Source: an uncultured Candidatus Binatia bacterium (GTDB taxonomy: Bacteria > Desulfobacterota > Binatia > Bin18). Taken from it: a stretch of 64,000 bases of DNA. Of the stretch, positions 1-9,410 are shown one piece after another. The notes beneath the pieces were generated by a model, which was given only the letters and a program-made list of their open reading frames with translations, was not told the origin of the DNA and ran no database searches. Every line of letters begins with the position of its first letter. Positions within the stretch are counted from its first letter, which is position 1. Location: the NCBI GenBank assembly GCA_965200965.1, contig OZ241744.1, positions 1,088,001 through 1,152,000 of the forward strand, given 5' to 3'. Position numbers and translations under genes: made by a program.

Positions 1-163
1 TCCACCCGCAAGGCTCTAGCCTGCTTGCCTGTCAAGCTGAGCCTCTGCCACACTTTGACACCGAGAGCGTAGAGGTCTATATCTTCTGCTGGTGCCCGTG
101 CGCCGCTGTTTATGCTCCCCAGCGTTCGTTCTGGATGCCGGGCTTTTCATGGGGAGGTCGCTA

Positions 164-772
164 GTGGACAGGTCAGTTGTCTTTCTTGATGGTGGATATA
201 TTGATGCTCTCCTCAAAGAGCACTTCAATGGGCAAAGAATTAATTATGAGGATTTCGTCTCGAAAATAGCGGCGGGTTCGAGCGTTGTGCGCACTTACTA
301 CTACCATTGTCCCCCCTACCAGAGTGACCAGCCTACCGAGGAGGAGCGAGAAATGTTGTCACGAAAGAAGAAATTTTTCGATGTCCTCTCTGAATTCAGC
401 CGCTTCCAACTGCGTCTGGGAAAGCTGGAGAAGCGGGATGAAAAGGCAGATGACAGTCCCGTCTTTGTTCAGAAGCGGGTTGACATTATGCTGGCAATTG
501 ACATGGTGCGGCTTGCGATGACCCGTCAGATTCAGCGAGCCATTCTCGTAACTGGAGACAGCGACCTGCTGCCAGCGGTTGAAGCAACGAAACAGCTTGG
601 CGTTGTGGTTTCACTTTGGCACGGTCCTCGTGGAGGCCAAGCCAACACTGTCCATAGAGATCTCTGGGATGCGTGCGATGATCGGGAGGAAATCAAACAG
701 AGCTTGATCGACTCGGTGCGCCTCCAAACGGACATCCACGCCGATAGACGGACATCCGCGCCGATAGCCTGA
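164..772 (+). CDS. NYN domain (LabA/DUF88, PIN-like) protein
   Basis: Motifs VFLDGGY, QKRVDIMLAIDM and LVTGDSDLLPAVE...GVVV. GTG at 164 follows a GGAGGT Shine-Dalgarno; the ORF track start at 92 is likely too long. Confidence 0.9.
   Translation: MDRSVVFLDGGYIDALLKEHFNGQRINYEDFVSKIAAGSSVVRTYYYHCPPYQSDQPTEEEREMLSRKKKFFDVLSEFSRFQLRLGKLEKRDEKADDSPVFVQKRVDIMLAIDMVRLAMTRQIQRAILVTGDSDLLPAVEATKQLGVVVSLWHGPRGGQANTVHRDLWDACDDREEIKQSLIDSVRLQTDIHADRRTSAPIA
728..767. repeat. 20-bp tandem duplication at the 3' end of the NYN gene
   Basis: acggacatccacgccgatag (728-747) followed by acggacatccgcgccgatag (748-767), 1 mismatch. Confidence 0.85.
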
Positions 773-789
773 GTTCGTTGCATCACAGT

Positions 790-2274
790 TCAGACACGCC
801 GGCGGGCTTTCCGCTCCGCGGCAATGCGCTTCAGCAGTGCCGACGCCGGCTCGTCATGCGGGTCGTGGGTGACAAGTTTGCCGCTGAAGGCGTGGCGCAG
901 GATTGACTGGCGCAGGTGCTGCGCCGCCTTCAGCTTGGCGTCAATATCGGCCTCTAGCCGCTCCACAACCGAAAGCTGCTCTTCGACAATGGCTACTTGG
1001 GCTACTTGTTCGCTCATCGAAGGAAGTGACAGCGGCAGCCTTTTAATTTTGCTTATACTGAGCGTGTAAAGACCGCTCGTAGAACTCGCCACATTTTGAA
1101 TGGCGAGCTGTCCTGTAGGCGAGTTCAGAAAGTATCCACCATACTTCGGAATCAGGCCGTCGGCTGGGCGAACCCGAATAATGTGGTTCTGATGAATACA
1201 GTCCGGGACTTCGCCCAGCCACAATGCGCATCTGCCAATCTCAGTCCGGCTCCCATTGCCCTCCACGATAAGAATATCACCCGGATCGAGCCGAAGTTTC
1301 TCCAACTCATCCGGTGTCAACTCGAAGCGGTGTAAATTCGAGAGATCGAGCGATCCTCGATGAACGTTAGCAACTCGAAGGTAAGGATAATGATTCCTCC
1401 TAGGCGCACGAGCAGGAGATTTCTGGAGCCCTCCTTGTATGTCCCCAAGCTGATCTACCGTCGCCCAGCACTGCCCCGCCGGCAGCGGGGGCAGGCTTGC
1501 CGTATCCGGGGCCACCGGCTCTTTGTACTTGGCCTGCCAGTACTTGGGCGGCGTTTTGCCTTTTTCCGCAAATGTACGGAGCTGGTCTTGCTCCCAGCGA
1601 CGGCGGCGTTCAATGAGGGTGCGCTTGAGCAGTGCGCTGGCCGGCTCGGCGTCTGGGTGCTGCTCGCGCCAGTCCGCGGTGAGCGCGCCTTCGACCGCGG
1701 CCTTGAGCACCGAAGCGCGATAGCGTGTGAGCTTGTCGCGCGCGCGTTCCAGGGCGGCAACGCCGGTGTTGAGGCCAGCAAAGAGTTCGTCCAGGGTGTC
1801 GGCTATGCGGCGTTGTTCTGATTTTGGTGGCAGAGAAAAAGCAAACTGGCTGATCTGACTGAAATCCACACGCGGGCGATCACCTCTGCTGAGGCGGCTT
1901 GCAAAATGAACAAAATCGCTGGCATTGAGACGATACTTCAAGAACTTTCCAGATACAGCGCTCGTCTCGGGCATCACGATGAACTCACCGGAACATAACC
2001 CTCCGAAATCAGGCTGATAGACTTTGTTCAGATATGATCCAAGACGACCATAGAGCACATCTCCAACTCGGAAAACATTGGCGCTACTCTTCATCAAACC
2101 CGCTGGAGTCGTTCCAAGCAGTTTCGTGGTGTGCGCTTCAATGTGTTGCAATCCGATAAACTTGGCGCTTGGCGTAGCATGGGGGTCAGCCTTTCCTGTT
2201 CTCGGTTTGACAATTTCCCCAAGCGTCGTTTCCACCCATCCGGCCGGCAGGCGTTGTTGGTCTAGGTCGTTCAC
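790..2274 (-). CDS. hsdS: Type I restriction-modification specificity subunit
   Basis: LPAGWVETTLGEI start, two TRD-like regions, conserved LPPKSEQRRIA and LPSMSEQ, and LRQSILRHAFSGKLV...DEPASALLKRIAAER C-terminus. Confidence 0.93.
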   Translation of the reverse strand: MNDLDQQRLPAGWVETTLGEIVKPRTGKADPHATPSAKFIGLQHIEAHTTKLLGTTPAGLMKSSANVFRVGDVLYGRLGSYLNKVYQPDFGGLCSGEFIVMPETSAVSGKFLKYRLNASDFVHFASRLSRGDRPRVDFSQISQFAFSLPPKSEQRRIADTLDELFAGLNTGVAALERARDKLTRYRASVLKAAVEGALTADWREQHPDAEPASALLKRTLIERRRRWEQDQLRTFAEKGKTPPKYWQAKYKEPVAPDTASLPPLPAGQCWATVDQLGDIQGGLQKSPARAPRRNHYPYLRVANVHRGSLDLSNLHRFELTPDELEKLRLDPGDILIVEGNGSRTEIGRCALWLGEVPDCIHQNHIIRVRPADGLIPKYGGYFLNSPTGQLAIQNVASSTSGLYTLSISKIKRLPLSLPSMSEQVAQVAIVEEQLSVVERLEADIDAKLKAAQHLRQSILRHAFSGKLVTHDPHDEPASALLKRIAAERKARRRV

Positions 2275-2299
2275 GCTGCCAGCCTCTCAGTCCATTCCG

Positions 2300-2413
2300 C
2301 TAGGAGCGGTTGGGGAATACATCAATGTCACGGCATTGCAGGAGCCGGGTGTCTGCTGTCACCAGCGTGAGGCCGAAGACCTTGGCGCTCGCGGCAATAA
2401 ATCGGTCCGCCGG
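2300..2413 (-). pseudogene. C-terminal remnant of a PIN-domain (VapC) toxin
   Basis: Manual translation gives PADRFIAASAKVFGLTLVTADTRLLQCRDIDVFPNRS*, the typical VapC DPADR..A....L.LVT.D end. The N-terminal part is missing. Confidence 0.8.
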
Positions 2414-2649
2414 GTAGTGAGCGCTTCCCAGTCGGCAGGGTCGGTGACGGGAGCGATGAGGTCGCCGTGGAGCTTGGCAGAGTCCTTCATGGCGTCGAGC
2501 CAGATCCCCGTCGGACTCGGCGGTGGAGGAAGGATGCGGGCGACCGGTTTGGCAAACCGGGTCACCGGTACCGGCTTGCGCGTTTTTGCTACTTGGTCAA
2601 GAACAGACAGGCAGGTCGCCTTGAACTTGGCTATCTGAATTTCTTGCAT
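2359..2649 (-). CDS. Phd/YefM family antitoxin, 3' end fused out of frame to the toxin remnant
   Basis: MQEIQIAKFKATCLSVLDQVAKTRKPVPVTRFAKPVARILP ... GDLIAPV..DWEAL. Confidence 0.85.
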   Translation of the reverse strand: MQEIQIAKFKATCLSVLDQVAKTRKPVPVTRFAKPVARILPPPPSPTGIWLDAMKDSAKLHGDLIAPVTDPADWEALTTRRTDLLPRAPRSSASRW

Positions 2650-2771
2650 ACAGGCAATGTACCACGGCCTGAGACGATAGGCCACGATGTTGATACCTCC
2701 GTTACGCTCGCTCAGTTCCCCCCGAAGGTCGTCGTCCGCCATGACTTGGCAGTGTGCGCCAGCCGCCTTAC

Positions 2772-5612
2772 TTACGCTGCCAGCCTCTCATTGAGTTCGG
2801 CCAGGAGCGGCGTGAGGGTGTCGCCGAACAGGGCGTGGGCACGGCCCAGGCTGCCCTGTTGGCCAAACCAGCCGGTCTCAAAGTCGGCCGGCTCTATAGC
2901 CAGGCTGCTGGCGATGTGCTCGGCTATGCGGTCGAGCCAGGCGTGCTGCTCGGGGCTGAAGGCGGTGGCGGCCTCGCGCTCGGCGAGCCAGGCGCGGTAG
3001 CGCTCCCGCAGCTCATCACGGTAGGGCACAAGCGTCAGGGTCGGAAGCAGGGCGTGGCGCACCAGGCTTACCAGGTCGGCCAGTTGATCGCCGCCCCTGC
3101 CCTTGACCGCGCCCGGCTCTGCGGTCTCAAAGGCGTGCCAGAGTTGGGCCGGGGTAGCGGACAGGGGTGGGCGGGCCAGGGCGTCCCGGAGCTGGCGCAG
3201 GTCTTTGAGGGATAGCCCGAGCGGGCGGCTGCCGGCGCACAGGGCTTGCAGGGCGGTGAGTTCGTCCTTGTGCCCGTCAATCCAGGCGCGGAAGTCCTGC
3301 ACCTTGGTGCGCGCTTTTTCCACAGCGGCGGCGTCAAAGCCGGCCGACAGCACGGCGTCGATGGTGTGGCGGTCAATGGTCTGCTCGTTGTGCTGCTGGA
3401 TTTCCAGCAGGCGGCGGCGGAAGGCCGGCTTGAGAAACGGCGTGACCGCGGCACGCGCGAGTTGGCTGGCCGCCTGGTCAATCTGCTGTTGTCGTGGTTC
3501 ATCAAGCGTGAACTGCGCTTTGGCGGCCGCAATCTGCGCGTCAGGGTCGCAGGCGTTCAGCAGCTCACGCGCCAGCGTGGGCAGGGATGTACCGGCGGCG
3601 AGCGTCTGGAGTTCGGCCAGTTGGTCCGGGCTGAACTGATGCTGGAGGCGGGCCAGCCGGCCGGCCAGGGTGATGAGGGCGTCCGGGTTTGTGCCGCCCC
3701 GGGCGATATAGTCAAGAAGCTGCTTCAGGCTCCTGCTATGCCGGCGGTTGAGCGGGCGGGATTCATTCCGATCCTGCTCGCACACGCCCACCGCATCCAC
3801 GATGATAAAGCGATCCTTGACCCGGGCACTGGGACTGACGGCCCGCAGCTTGTCGGGCGAGATGACGCGCACCCCACGGCCCTTCATCTGCTCAAAGAAG
3901 CCCGCGGACCTGACGTTGCGCATGAAGAACACGCACTCAATCGGCTTGACATCGGTGCCGGTCGAGATCATGTCTACGGTAACGGCAATACGCGGATGAA
4001 AAGTGTTGCGGAAGTTGGCCAGGATTTCGTCTGGGCTGAGTTCGGAGGTGCGTTTCCATTCCAGGACTTCGGACTGGGTGCCGTCGTCATGTTGCACCGT
4101 CGAGACGATCTTGGTGAAGCCGGTGCGGTAGGTGATCTTGCGGCAAAAGGCGTTGCCCTCGGCAAAGACCTCGCGGACTATCCGCACAATGTCGTCGGCA
4201 TGGGAGTCGTCTTTGGCAAAAATCAGGGTTTTGGGCACTTCCCGACGGTCGGGGAAGGCCTCGGGCAGCACGGCATCACGGAACTGCTGCAATACGGTGC
4301 GGAGTTGACTTTCTGAGACCACGTCGCGGTCGAGCTGCTTGGCGGTATAGGTCAGGTCGTCGCTAAGCCATTCCAGCCGCTCTTTACGCGTCAGCTTGTC
4401 GCGTTTGTCCACATACACGCCGGTGTCGTCCGCAGCGACAGTCGCCCCCTGCTCTGTCACCCTGGTGCGGATGCGGTATACGTCAAAGTCCACGTTCACC
4501 CCGTCAATCACGGCCTCGTCATGGCCGTAGTGCATGACCAGATTCTGCTTGAAGAAACCGATGGTCCGGCTGGCCGGTGTGGCCGTCAGGCCAACCAGAA
4601 AAGCGTCAAAGTACAGCAGCACTTGGCTCCACAGTTCGTAGATGGAGCGGTGACACTCGTCCACAATAATACAGTCAAAGAACTCGGGCGGGAGGGCGGC
4701 GTTATACTGCACATCGGGCGGCTCCTGCCGCCAAGCCGGCCCGGCCTCAAACGCCGAGCCTTCTTCATTGTCGGCGGCGTACTCGGCCTCACCCTTGAGC
4801 ATAGAGTAGAGCCGCTGGATGGTGGTAATGACCACCTTGGCCGCGGGGTTGACTGCGTTGGTCGTCAGCCGCTGGACGGTGTACAGTTCTGGGAATGTGC
4901 GGGCGTCGTCCGGCGGCTGGAAGTTGGCGAACTCGTCGTAGGTCTGGCGGCCCAGGTTGCTGCGGTCCACCAGGAACAGCACCCGCTTTGCCCCGGCGTA
5001 TGTCAGCAGCCGGTAGACGACATTGACCGCGGTATAGGTCTTGCCCGAGCCGGTCGCCATCTGGATCAGGGCACGCGGGGCGGCGGCGGCAAAGGACTGT
5101 TCAAGATTGCGGATAGCGCGGGCCTGGACCGGCCACAGCCTGGAGTCGTCCAGTGCCGGCAGCTCTCGGAGCCGCTCCCGGAGCTGGATGGGATGGGCGA
5201 GGAGCTCGGCCAGGGTTTCGGGCCGGGGGAAGTTGAAAACCTCACGGCTGCGCGGAGCCGGATCAAGCCCGTTGGTGAAGTACGTCACCGCGCCGTTGGA
5301 CTCGAACAGGAAGGGCAAGGGCCGGCTGTAGCTCGGCAGGTCTTCATGGACACCGACGGCATACTTCTCGGATTGGGCCTCTACGCCGCTCAGCGTCCCG
5401 GTGGCCTTGGCTTCAACCGCCCCGGCGGCTTGGCAGTCGAGATAGAGCAGGTAGTCTGCCGTGCCAAAGCCCGGCTTCATGGGAAACTCGCGCACAGCAA
5501 TGCCGCGGCCGGCACTCGGGTCAAGGGCGTCTATGTCCTGCACCAGCCAGCCGGCGTCCCGCAGCGCGGCGTCAATATCACGTCGCACCTGTTGTTCGGG
5601 TATCTGGCTCAC
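2772..5612 (-). CDS. hsdR: Type I restriction enzyme R subunit (EcoEI-like C-terminus)
   Basis: Nuclease motif ADYLLY...VEAK, Walker A MATGSGKT, DECH box, GLTATP, and QMKGRGVR. Confidence 0.93.
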   Translation of the reverse strand: MSQIPEQQVRRDIDAALRDAGWLVQDIDALDPSAGRGIAVREFPMKPGFGTADYLLYLDCQAAGAVEAKATGTLSGVEAQSEKYAVGVHEDLPSYSRPLPFLFESNGAVTYFTNGLDPAPRSREVFNFPRPETLAELLAHPIQLRERLRELPALDDSRLWPVQARAIRNLEQSFAAAAPRALIQMATGSGKTYTAVNVVYRLLTYAGAKRVLFLVDRSNLGRQTYDEFANFQPPDDARTFPELYTVQRLTTNAVNPAAKVVITTIQRLYSMLKGEAEYAADNEEGSAFEAGPAWRQEPPDVQYNAALPPEFFDCIIVDECHRSIYELWSQVLLYFDAFLVGLTATPASRTIGFFKQNLVMHYGHDEAVIDGVNVDFDVYRIRTRVTEQGATVAADDTGVYVDKRDKLTRKERLEWLSDDLTYTAKQLDRDVVSESQLRTVLQQFRDAVLPEAFPDRREVPKTLIFAKDDSHADDIVRIVREVFAEGNAFCRKITYRTGFTKIVSTVQHDDGTQSEVLEWKRTSELSPDEILANFRNTFHPRIAVTVDMISTGTDVKPIECVFFMRNVRSAGFFEQMKGRGVRVISPDKLRAVSPSARVKDRFIIVDAVGVCEQDRNESRPLNRRHSRSLKQLLDYIARGGTNPDALITLAGRLARLQHQFSPDQLAELQTLAAGTSLPTLARELLNACDPDAQIAAAKAQFTLDEPRQQQIDQAASQLARAAVTPFLKPAFRRRLLEIQQHNEQTIDRHTIDAVLSAGFDAAAVEKARTKVQDFRAWIDGHKDELTALQALCAGSRPLGLSLKDLRQLRDALARPPLSATPAQLWHAFETAEPGAVKGRGGDQLADLVSLVRHALLPTLTLVPYRDELRERYRAWLAEREAATAFSPEQHAWLDRIAEHIASSLAIEPADFETGWFGQQGSLGRAHALFGDTLTPLLAELNERLAA

Positions 5613-6442
5613 CGAGGAGTGGATGTGTCGCCCTCCTCTCGACCGGATGACACATTCACTCCTTCGAGAAAATCGGCCACCGCCTCCACAAAGGCCTCCG
5701 GTTGTTCATACGGCAGCATATGGCCGGCGGCCTCAATACACATCTTTTGGGCGTGGGGGATGTGGGCCTGAAAGCGGTCGGCGTACACCGGCGGGATCAG
5801 GCGGTCGCCCGTCCCCCAGACGATCAGCGTTGGCGCACGCAGCCGGTACAGCCGCTTGGACAGCCGACGGTTGGGGATCGGGAACAGCAGCTTGCTGGCC
5901 GTGCCCATCCGCCGGGTGTTGCCGATGTAGAACTCTTTGAGCGCCTCGGGGTCGCTGAGGTCAAGCCCGCCGGTCAGCATGGCCTCGCCGGCCGCCCGGT
6001 CGTGAAACAAATACCGGGCGTACTCGTGGGGCAGGAAGGAGAACAGGTCGGGAATCGGGTACTCAGCGATCCACAGGCCGGCCGCAGCCACCAGGATCAG
6101 TTTGTCCAGGTCGTTCGGTGCCACACAGGCCATCTCGGCGGCGATCATACCGCCCATTGAGTGGCCGAGCAGGTGGGGCCGGGACAAGTCCAGCGCACCC
6201 ACCACGTCCCAGCTGTGCAGGGCAAAGTCTTGCATATCCTCCAGTGCCTCTTCGCCACTCGACTCGCCAAAGCCGGGCAGCTCGGGGGCAAAGACCTGAT
6301 AGCGCTCGGCCAGGCGGTCCAGGAAAGGCTCTTGGCCGAACAGGCCGCCAGCCCCGTGCAAAAAGACCAGCGGTGCGCCTCGGCCGGCCTCAAAGACCCG
6401 CACCCTGACCCCGGGCCGGGTCTCAATCATCCGGCTGTTCAC
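5609..6442 (-). CDS. Alpha/beta fold hydrolase
   Basis: FLHGAGG, GHSMGG nucleophile elbow, AGHM. Overlaps its neighbours by 4 bp. Confidence 0.9.
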   Translation of the reverse strand: MNSRMIETRPGVRVRVFEAGRGAPLVFLHGAGGLFGQEPFLDRLAERYQVFAPELPGFGESSGEEALEDMQDFALHSWDVVGALDLSRPHLLGHSMGGMIAAEMACVAPNDLDKLILVAAAGLWIAEYPIPDLFSFLPHEYARYLFHDRAAGEAMLTGGLDLSDPEALKEFYIGNTRRMGTASKLLFPIPNRRLSKRLYRLRAPTLIVWGTGDRLIPPVYADRFQAHIPHAQKMCIEAAGHMLPYEQPEAFVEAVADFLEGVNVSSGREEGDTSTPR

Positions 6443-7701
6443 AGCGGAATCCTCCCGTTTTCGCGCGCTTTTTCAACAGTGGTCTCAGGCTCCAGGCGCT
6501 CAACCATTGGTTTGCACCACCAGCGCGTGTCATCCTTCCAGTCCGGCCACAGTTCGCGCAGATGGGGCATGACCTGCTCGGCAAAGAGTTGTGTGGAATA
6601 GCGCGTCTTCCAGTCCGGCATATTGCCAATGTGGATCAGACAGAACACATGGCCGACATGCAAGCCCTTGATCATCGCTTCCATGCGCTCGCGCACCGTG
6701 GCCGGGCTGCCGGCAATGACATAGCCCTCGTCAAGCAACTGCTTCCAGGTCAGGGTCGGAAAGGTCTTCTGCATGTCCTCGCTCAGGGCGTTCAGCACAT
6801 TGGCCTTGATGGTCTTCACCGTCCGATAGCCCGGGGCGTCGGCAAAGCCGTTGTAGACATGCAGGCAACGGTTGTAGAAATAGCTGACATGCTCGGCGTA
6901 CAGCTTTTCGGCCTCCCGATCGGTGTCGGCCACACACACAGTCTGGGCAAACGCCCCGCGGTAGGGCGACTCGTCTTTGCCGCGCGCCGCCACCCGATCC
7001 CAATAGCCGTCCATCAGCTGCTTGCCGCGCAAATAGCCGGTGAATGACAGGTAGGAGTAGTTGTAGTCGTTGTCCAGACAGAAGTCCCAGGTTTCGACCG
7101 AGCCGCCGCCGGGGATGTAGATCGGCGGGTGGGGCTGCTGGACCGGCTTGGGCCAGCAGTTGACCCAGCGCAGCTGGTTGTATTTGCCGTCAAAGGCGAA
7201 CGGCTCGTCTTCGGCCCAGGCACGCATGATGAGTTCGTGGGCCTCGGCATATTTGTCGCGGGTCAGGGACGGAATCTGGCCGTAGCAGTAGTTGGTGTCC
7301 ATTGAGGTGCCGACCGGAAAGCCGGCCAGCAGCCGGCCGCCTGAAAGTACATCCAGCATGGCGAACTCTTCGGCCACCCGGATCGGCGGGTTATAGAGGG
7401 CAATGGAATTGCCGATGACGGCCAGCGCAGCCTGCGAAGTCCGCCGGGCCAGGCCGGCGGCAATGATATTCGGCGAGGGCATCAGGCCATAGCCGTTCTG
7501 GTGGTGCTCATTGACGCCAATGCCGTCAAAGCCCAGCGAGTCGGCGTATTCGAGCTGGTCCATATACTCGTGATAGACAAAATGACCTTTCTTGGGGTCG
7601 TAGAGCGAGTTGGGCAGATCCACCCACACCGAGCGGTAGTCCTCGCGGAAATTATCGGGCAGATACGGCCACGGCATCAGATTGAACCAGGTGAACTTCA
7701 T
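6439..7701 (-). CDS. LLM class flavin-dependent oxidoreductase
   Basis: GFDGIGVNEHH, PIRVAEEFAMLDVLSGGRL, PKPVQQPHPP. ATG at 7701 follows GGAGGT. Confidence 0.92.
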   Translation of the reverse strand: MKFTWFNLMPWPYLPDNFREDYRSVWVDLPNSLYDPKKGHFVYHEYMDQLEYADSLGFDGIGVNEHHQNGYGLMPSPNIIAAGLARRTSQAALAVIGNSIALYNPPIRVAEEFAMLDVLSGGRLLAGFPVGTSMDTNYCYGQIPSLTRDKYAEAHELIMRAWAEDEPFAFDGKYNQLRWVNCWPKPVQQPHPPIYIPGGGSVETWDFCLDNDYNYSYLSFTGYLRGKQLMDGYWDRVAARGKDESPYRGAFAQTVCVADTDREAEKLYAEHVSYFYNRCLHVYNGFADAPGYRTVKTIKANVLNALSEDMQKTFPTLTWKQLLDEGYVIAGSPATVRERMEAMIKGLHVGHVFCLIHIGNMPDWKTRYSTQLFAEQVMPHLRELWPDWKDDTRWWCKPMVERLEPETTVEKARENGRIPL

Positions 7702-7912
7702 AACCGACCTCCTCACGTTCATTACATTCATTGCACCCTGCTCCCCACCTTAGACGACCGTGACGCCCGTGAAAAGTCACCGGCCTCCCTGCCCGCCGGT
7801 TCATCAGTCACCGACTCCATATGAAGCCCACCGGCTTGCATCTCTGGCCACGGCCAGGCATATTTGTCACCCGGGGTGCTCAGGCACCGCGACCCGCGAC
7901 AAGGAGGGAAGC

Positions 7913-8404
7913 ATGGCACTACCGCAAGACATTACCCCGTTCAACAGCGAGATCATGGACTCGCTGGCCCGGACCGCAGACATGGACTGGATTCCCAATG
8001 AGGCCGACCCCGAACGCGCCTTTATGAAGGTGTTGTGGACCGGCTCGGAGTCGGGCAGCTGGGCGGTGCTGTTCCGCTGGCTCAAGGGCTATGCCGCGCC
8101 GCCGCATAAACACCTGAGCGCCTCCCACACCTTCATTCTGAAGGGCAAACTCCAGGTCCGCGATGGCGTCCTGAACGCCGGCGATTATGTGTACGAGCCC
8201 AACGGCATGATCCACGGGGCGACCACCGCTCTGGAAGACACCGAGTACCTGTTCATCTGCAACGGTCCGGTGCTGTTCTTTGGCGAGGACCAGTTCGAGG
8301 GCTATATCAGCTGGGAAGAACTCAAACGCGCCCAGGACACATTTGAGGCGTCCAAGCGACGCACCAAGCGGACCAAAAAAGTCCAGCGCAAAAGAGCGGC
8401 CTAG
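7913..8404 (+). CDS. Cupin domain protein (ChrR-like / 2,4'-dihydroxyacetophenone dioxygenase-like)
   Basis: PPHKH...FILKG...AGDYVYEPNGMIH cupin motifs, with an AGGAGG Shine-Dalgarno upstream. Confidence 0.8.
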   Translation: MALPQDITPFNSEIMDSLARTADMDWIPNEADPERAFMKVLWTGSESGSWAVLFRWLKGYAAPPHKHLSASHTFILKGKLQVRDGVLNAGDYVYEPNGMIHGATTALEDTEYLFICNGPVLFFGEDQFEGYISWEELKRAQDTFEASKRRTKRTKKVQRKRAA

Positions 8405-8551
8405 CCGGCCGAGAGGCGATCCAACGGTCGCCTCTCCAGTATTCCGCGGTCTGCCGGGCCGCATGGCCGCGGCTCCATGCAGAGGCCGCCTCAGGAACCG
8501 GCCCGCTCTGACACGCCCGATAGCTGGCGTGAAGCCACCCCCTGGTGCGGC

Positions 8552-9304
8552 CTAGGACAGGCCCATCCCGCCGTCCACCAGCAGCATTTGGCCGGTCATG
8601 TATGAGGCCAGCGGCGAGGCCAGAAACAGGGCGATGCCGCCCATCTCTTCCGGCGTGCCCCAGCGGCGGAGCGGAATCTCGTTCAGGGAGTCTTCATAGC
8701 GACGCGGATGATTCCAGGTCACTTTGGTGATTCTGGTGGCGATCAGGCCCGGGGCGAGGCCGTTGACCCGAATGCCGTCACGCGCCCAGGCTTCGCCGAG
8801 TGTCATGGTCAGGGTCCGCAGCGCGCCCTTGCTGGCGCTATAGGCCGGATTGCCAAAGACGGCAAAAAAGCTCGCCCCCGAGCCGAGAATGATCACGCTG
8901 CCCCTGGTCTCCTTCAGCATGGGGTGAAACCTCATACAGCAGTTCATGACGCTCATAAGGTTCACGTCCAGGACTTTGCGGAAGTTCGGCATTGCAAACT
9001 CGGCCTGTTTGTACATCACCGTGCCCTGTGAGGCGACGAGCACGTCGAGCCGGTCAAACGGTGGCTGGAAAGCCTGGACCGTGTCGTCTTCCGACACGTC
9101 CAACTGGCAATAGTGCAAGCCGCTCAACTCTGAGCCGTCTTCGTCTTTATAGGCGTCGGCAGACGGCCGGGTGCCACACACATACACCTCCGCCCGGTGG
9201 TCTCGGAACTGCCGGGCAATCCCGTTGCCAATCCCGCTCGAACCGCCGATGACCAGAACCGTCTTGCCGCTGAAATCAAGCTCGTTCATGTTGTCGCTAC
9301 CCAT
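8552..9304 (-). CDS. SDR family oxidoreductase
   Basis: GGSSGIG, YSASK, IRVNGLAPG, VDGG. Alternative start at 9289. Confidence 0.92.
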   Translation of the reverse strand: MGSDNMNELDFSGKTVLVIGGSSGIGNGIARQFRDHRAEVYVCGTRPSADAYKDEDGSELSGLHYCQLDVSEDDTVQAFQPPFDRLDVLVASQGTVMYKQAEFAMPNFRKVLDVNLMSVMNCCMRFHPMLKETRGSVIILGSGASFFAVFGNPAYSASKGALRTLTMTLGEAWARDGIRVNGLAPGLIATRITKVTWNHPRRYEDSLNEIPLRRWGTPEEMGGIALFLASPLASYMTGQMLLVDGGMGLS

Positions 9305-9410
9305 CTGTCAGTATATTTCAACCCTGCTTGGCTGAGGATGCTTTGTAGCATCAATGCTGGTATACACCAACACGGTCGAAAGCGCCGGACAAACGAGGAG
9401 GAACACACAC

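Larger units (their letters stand above)
2273..2790. repeat. 17-bp direct repeat flanking the toxin-antitoxin cassette
   Basis: acgctgccagcctctca at 2273-2289 (abutting the hsdS start) and at 2774-2790 (last codons of hsdR). Confidence 0.9.

Noticed and set aside
790-2274. Phase-variable hsdS shufflon
   Set aside because: There is only one hsdS, and no silent TRD cassettes, inverted repeats or recombinase were seen.
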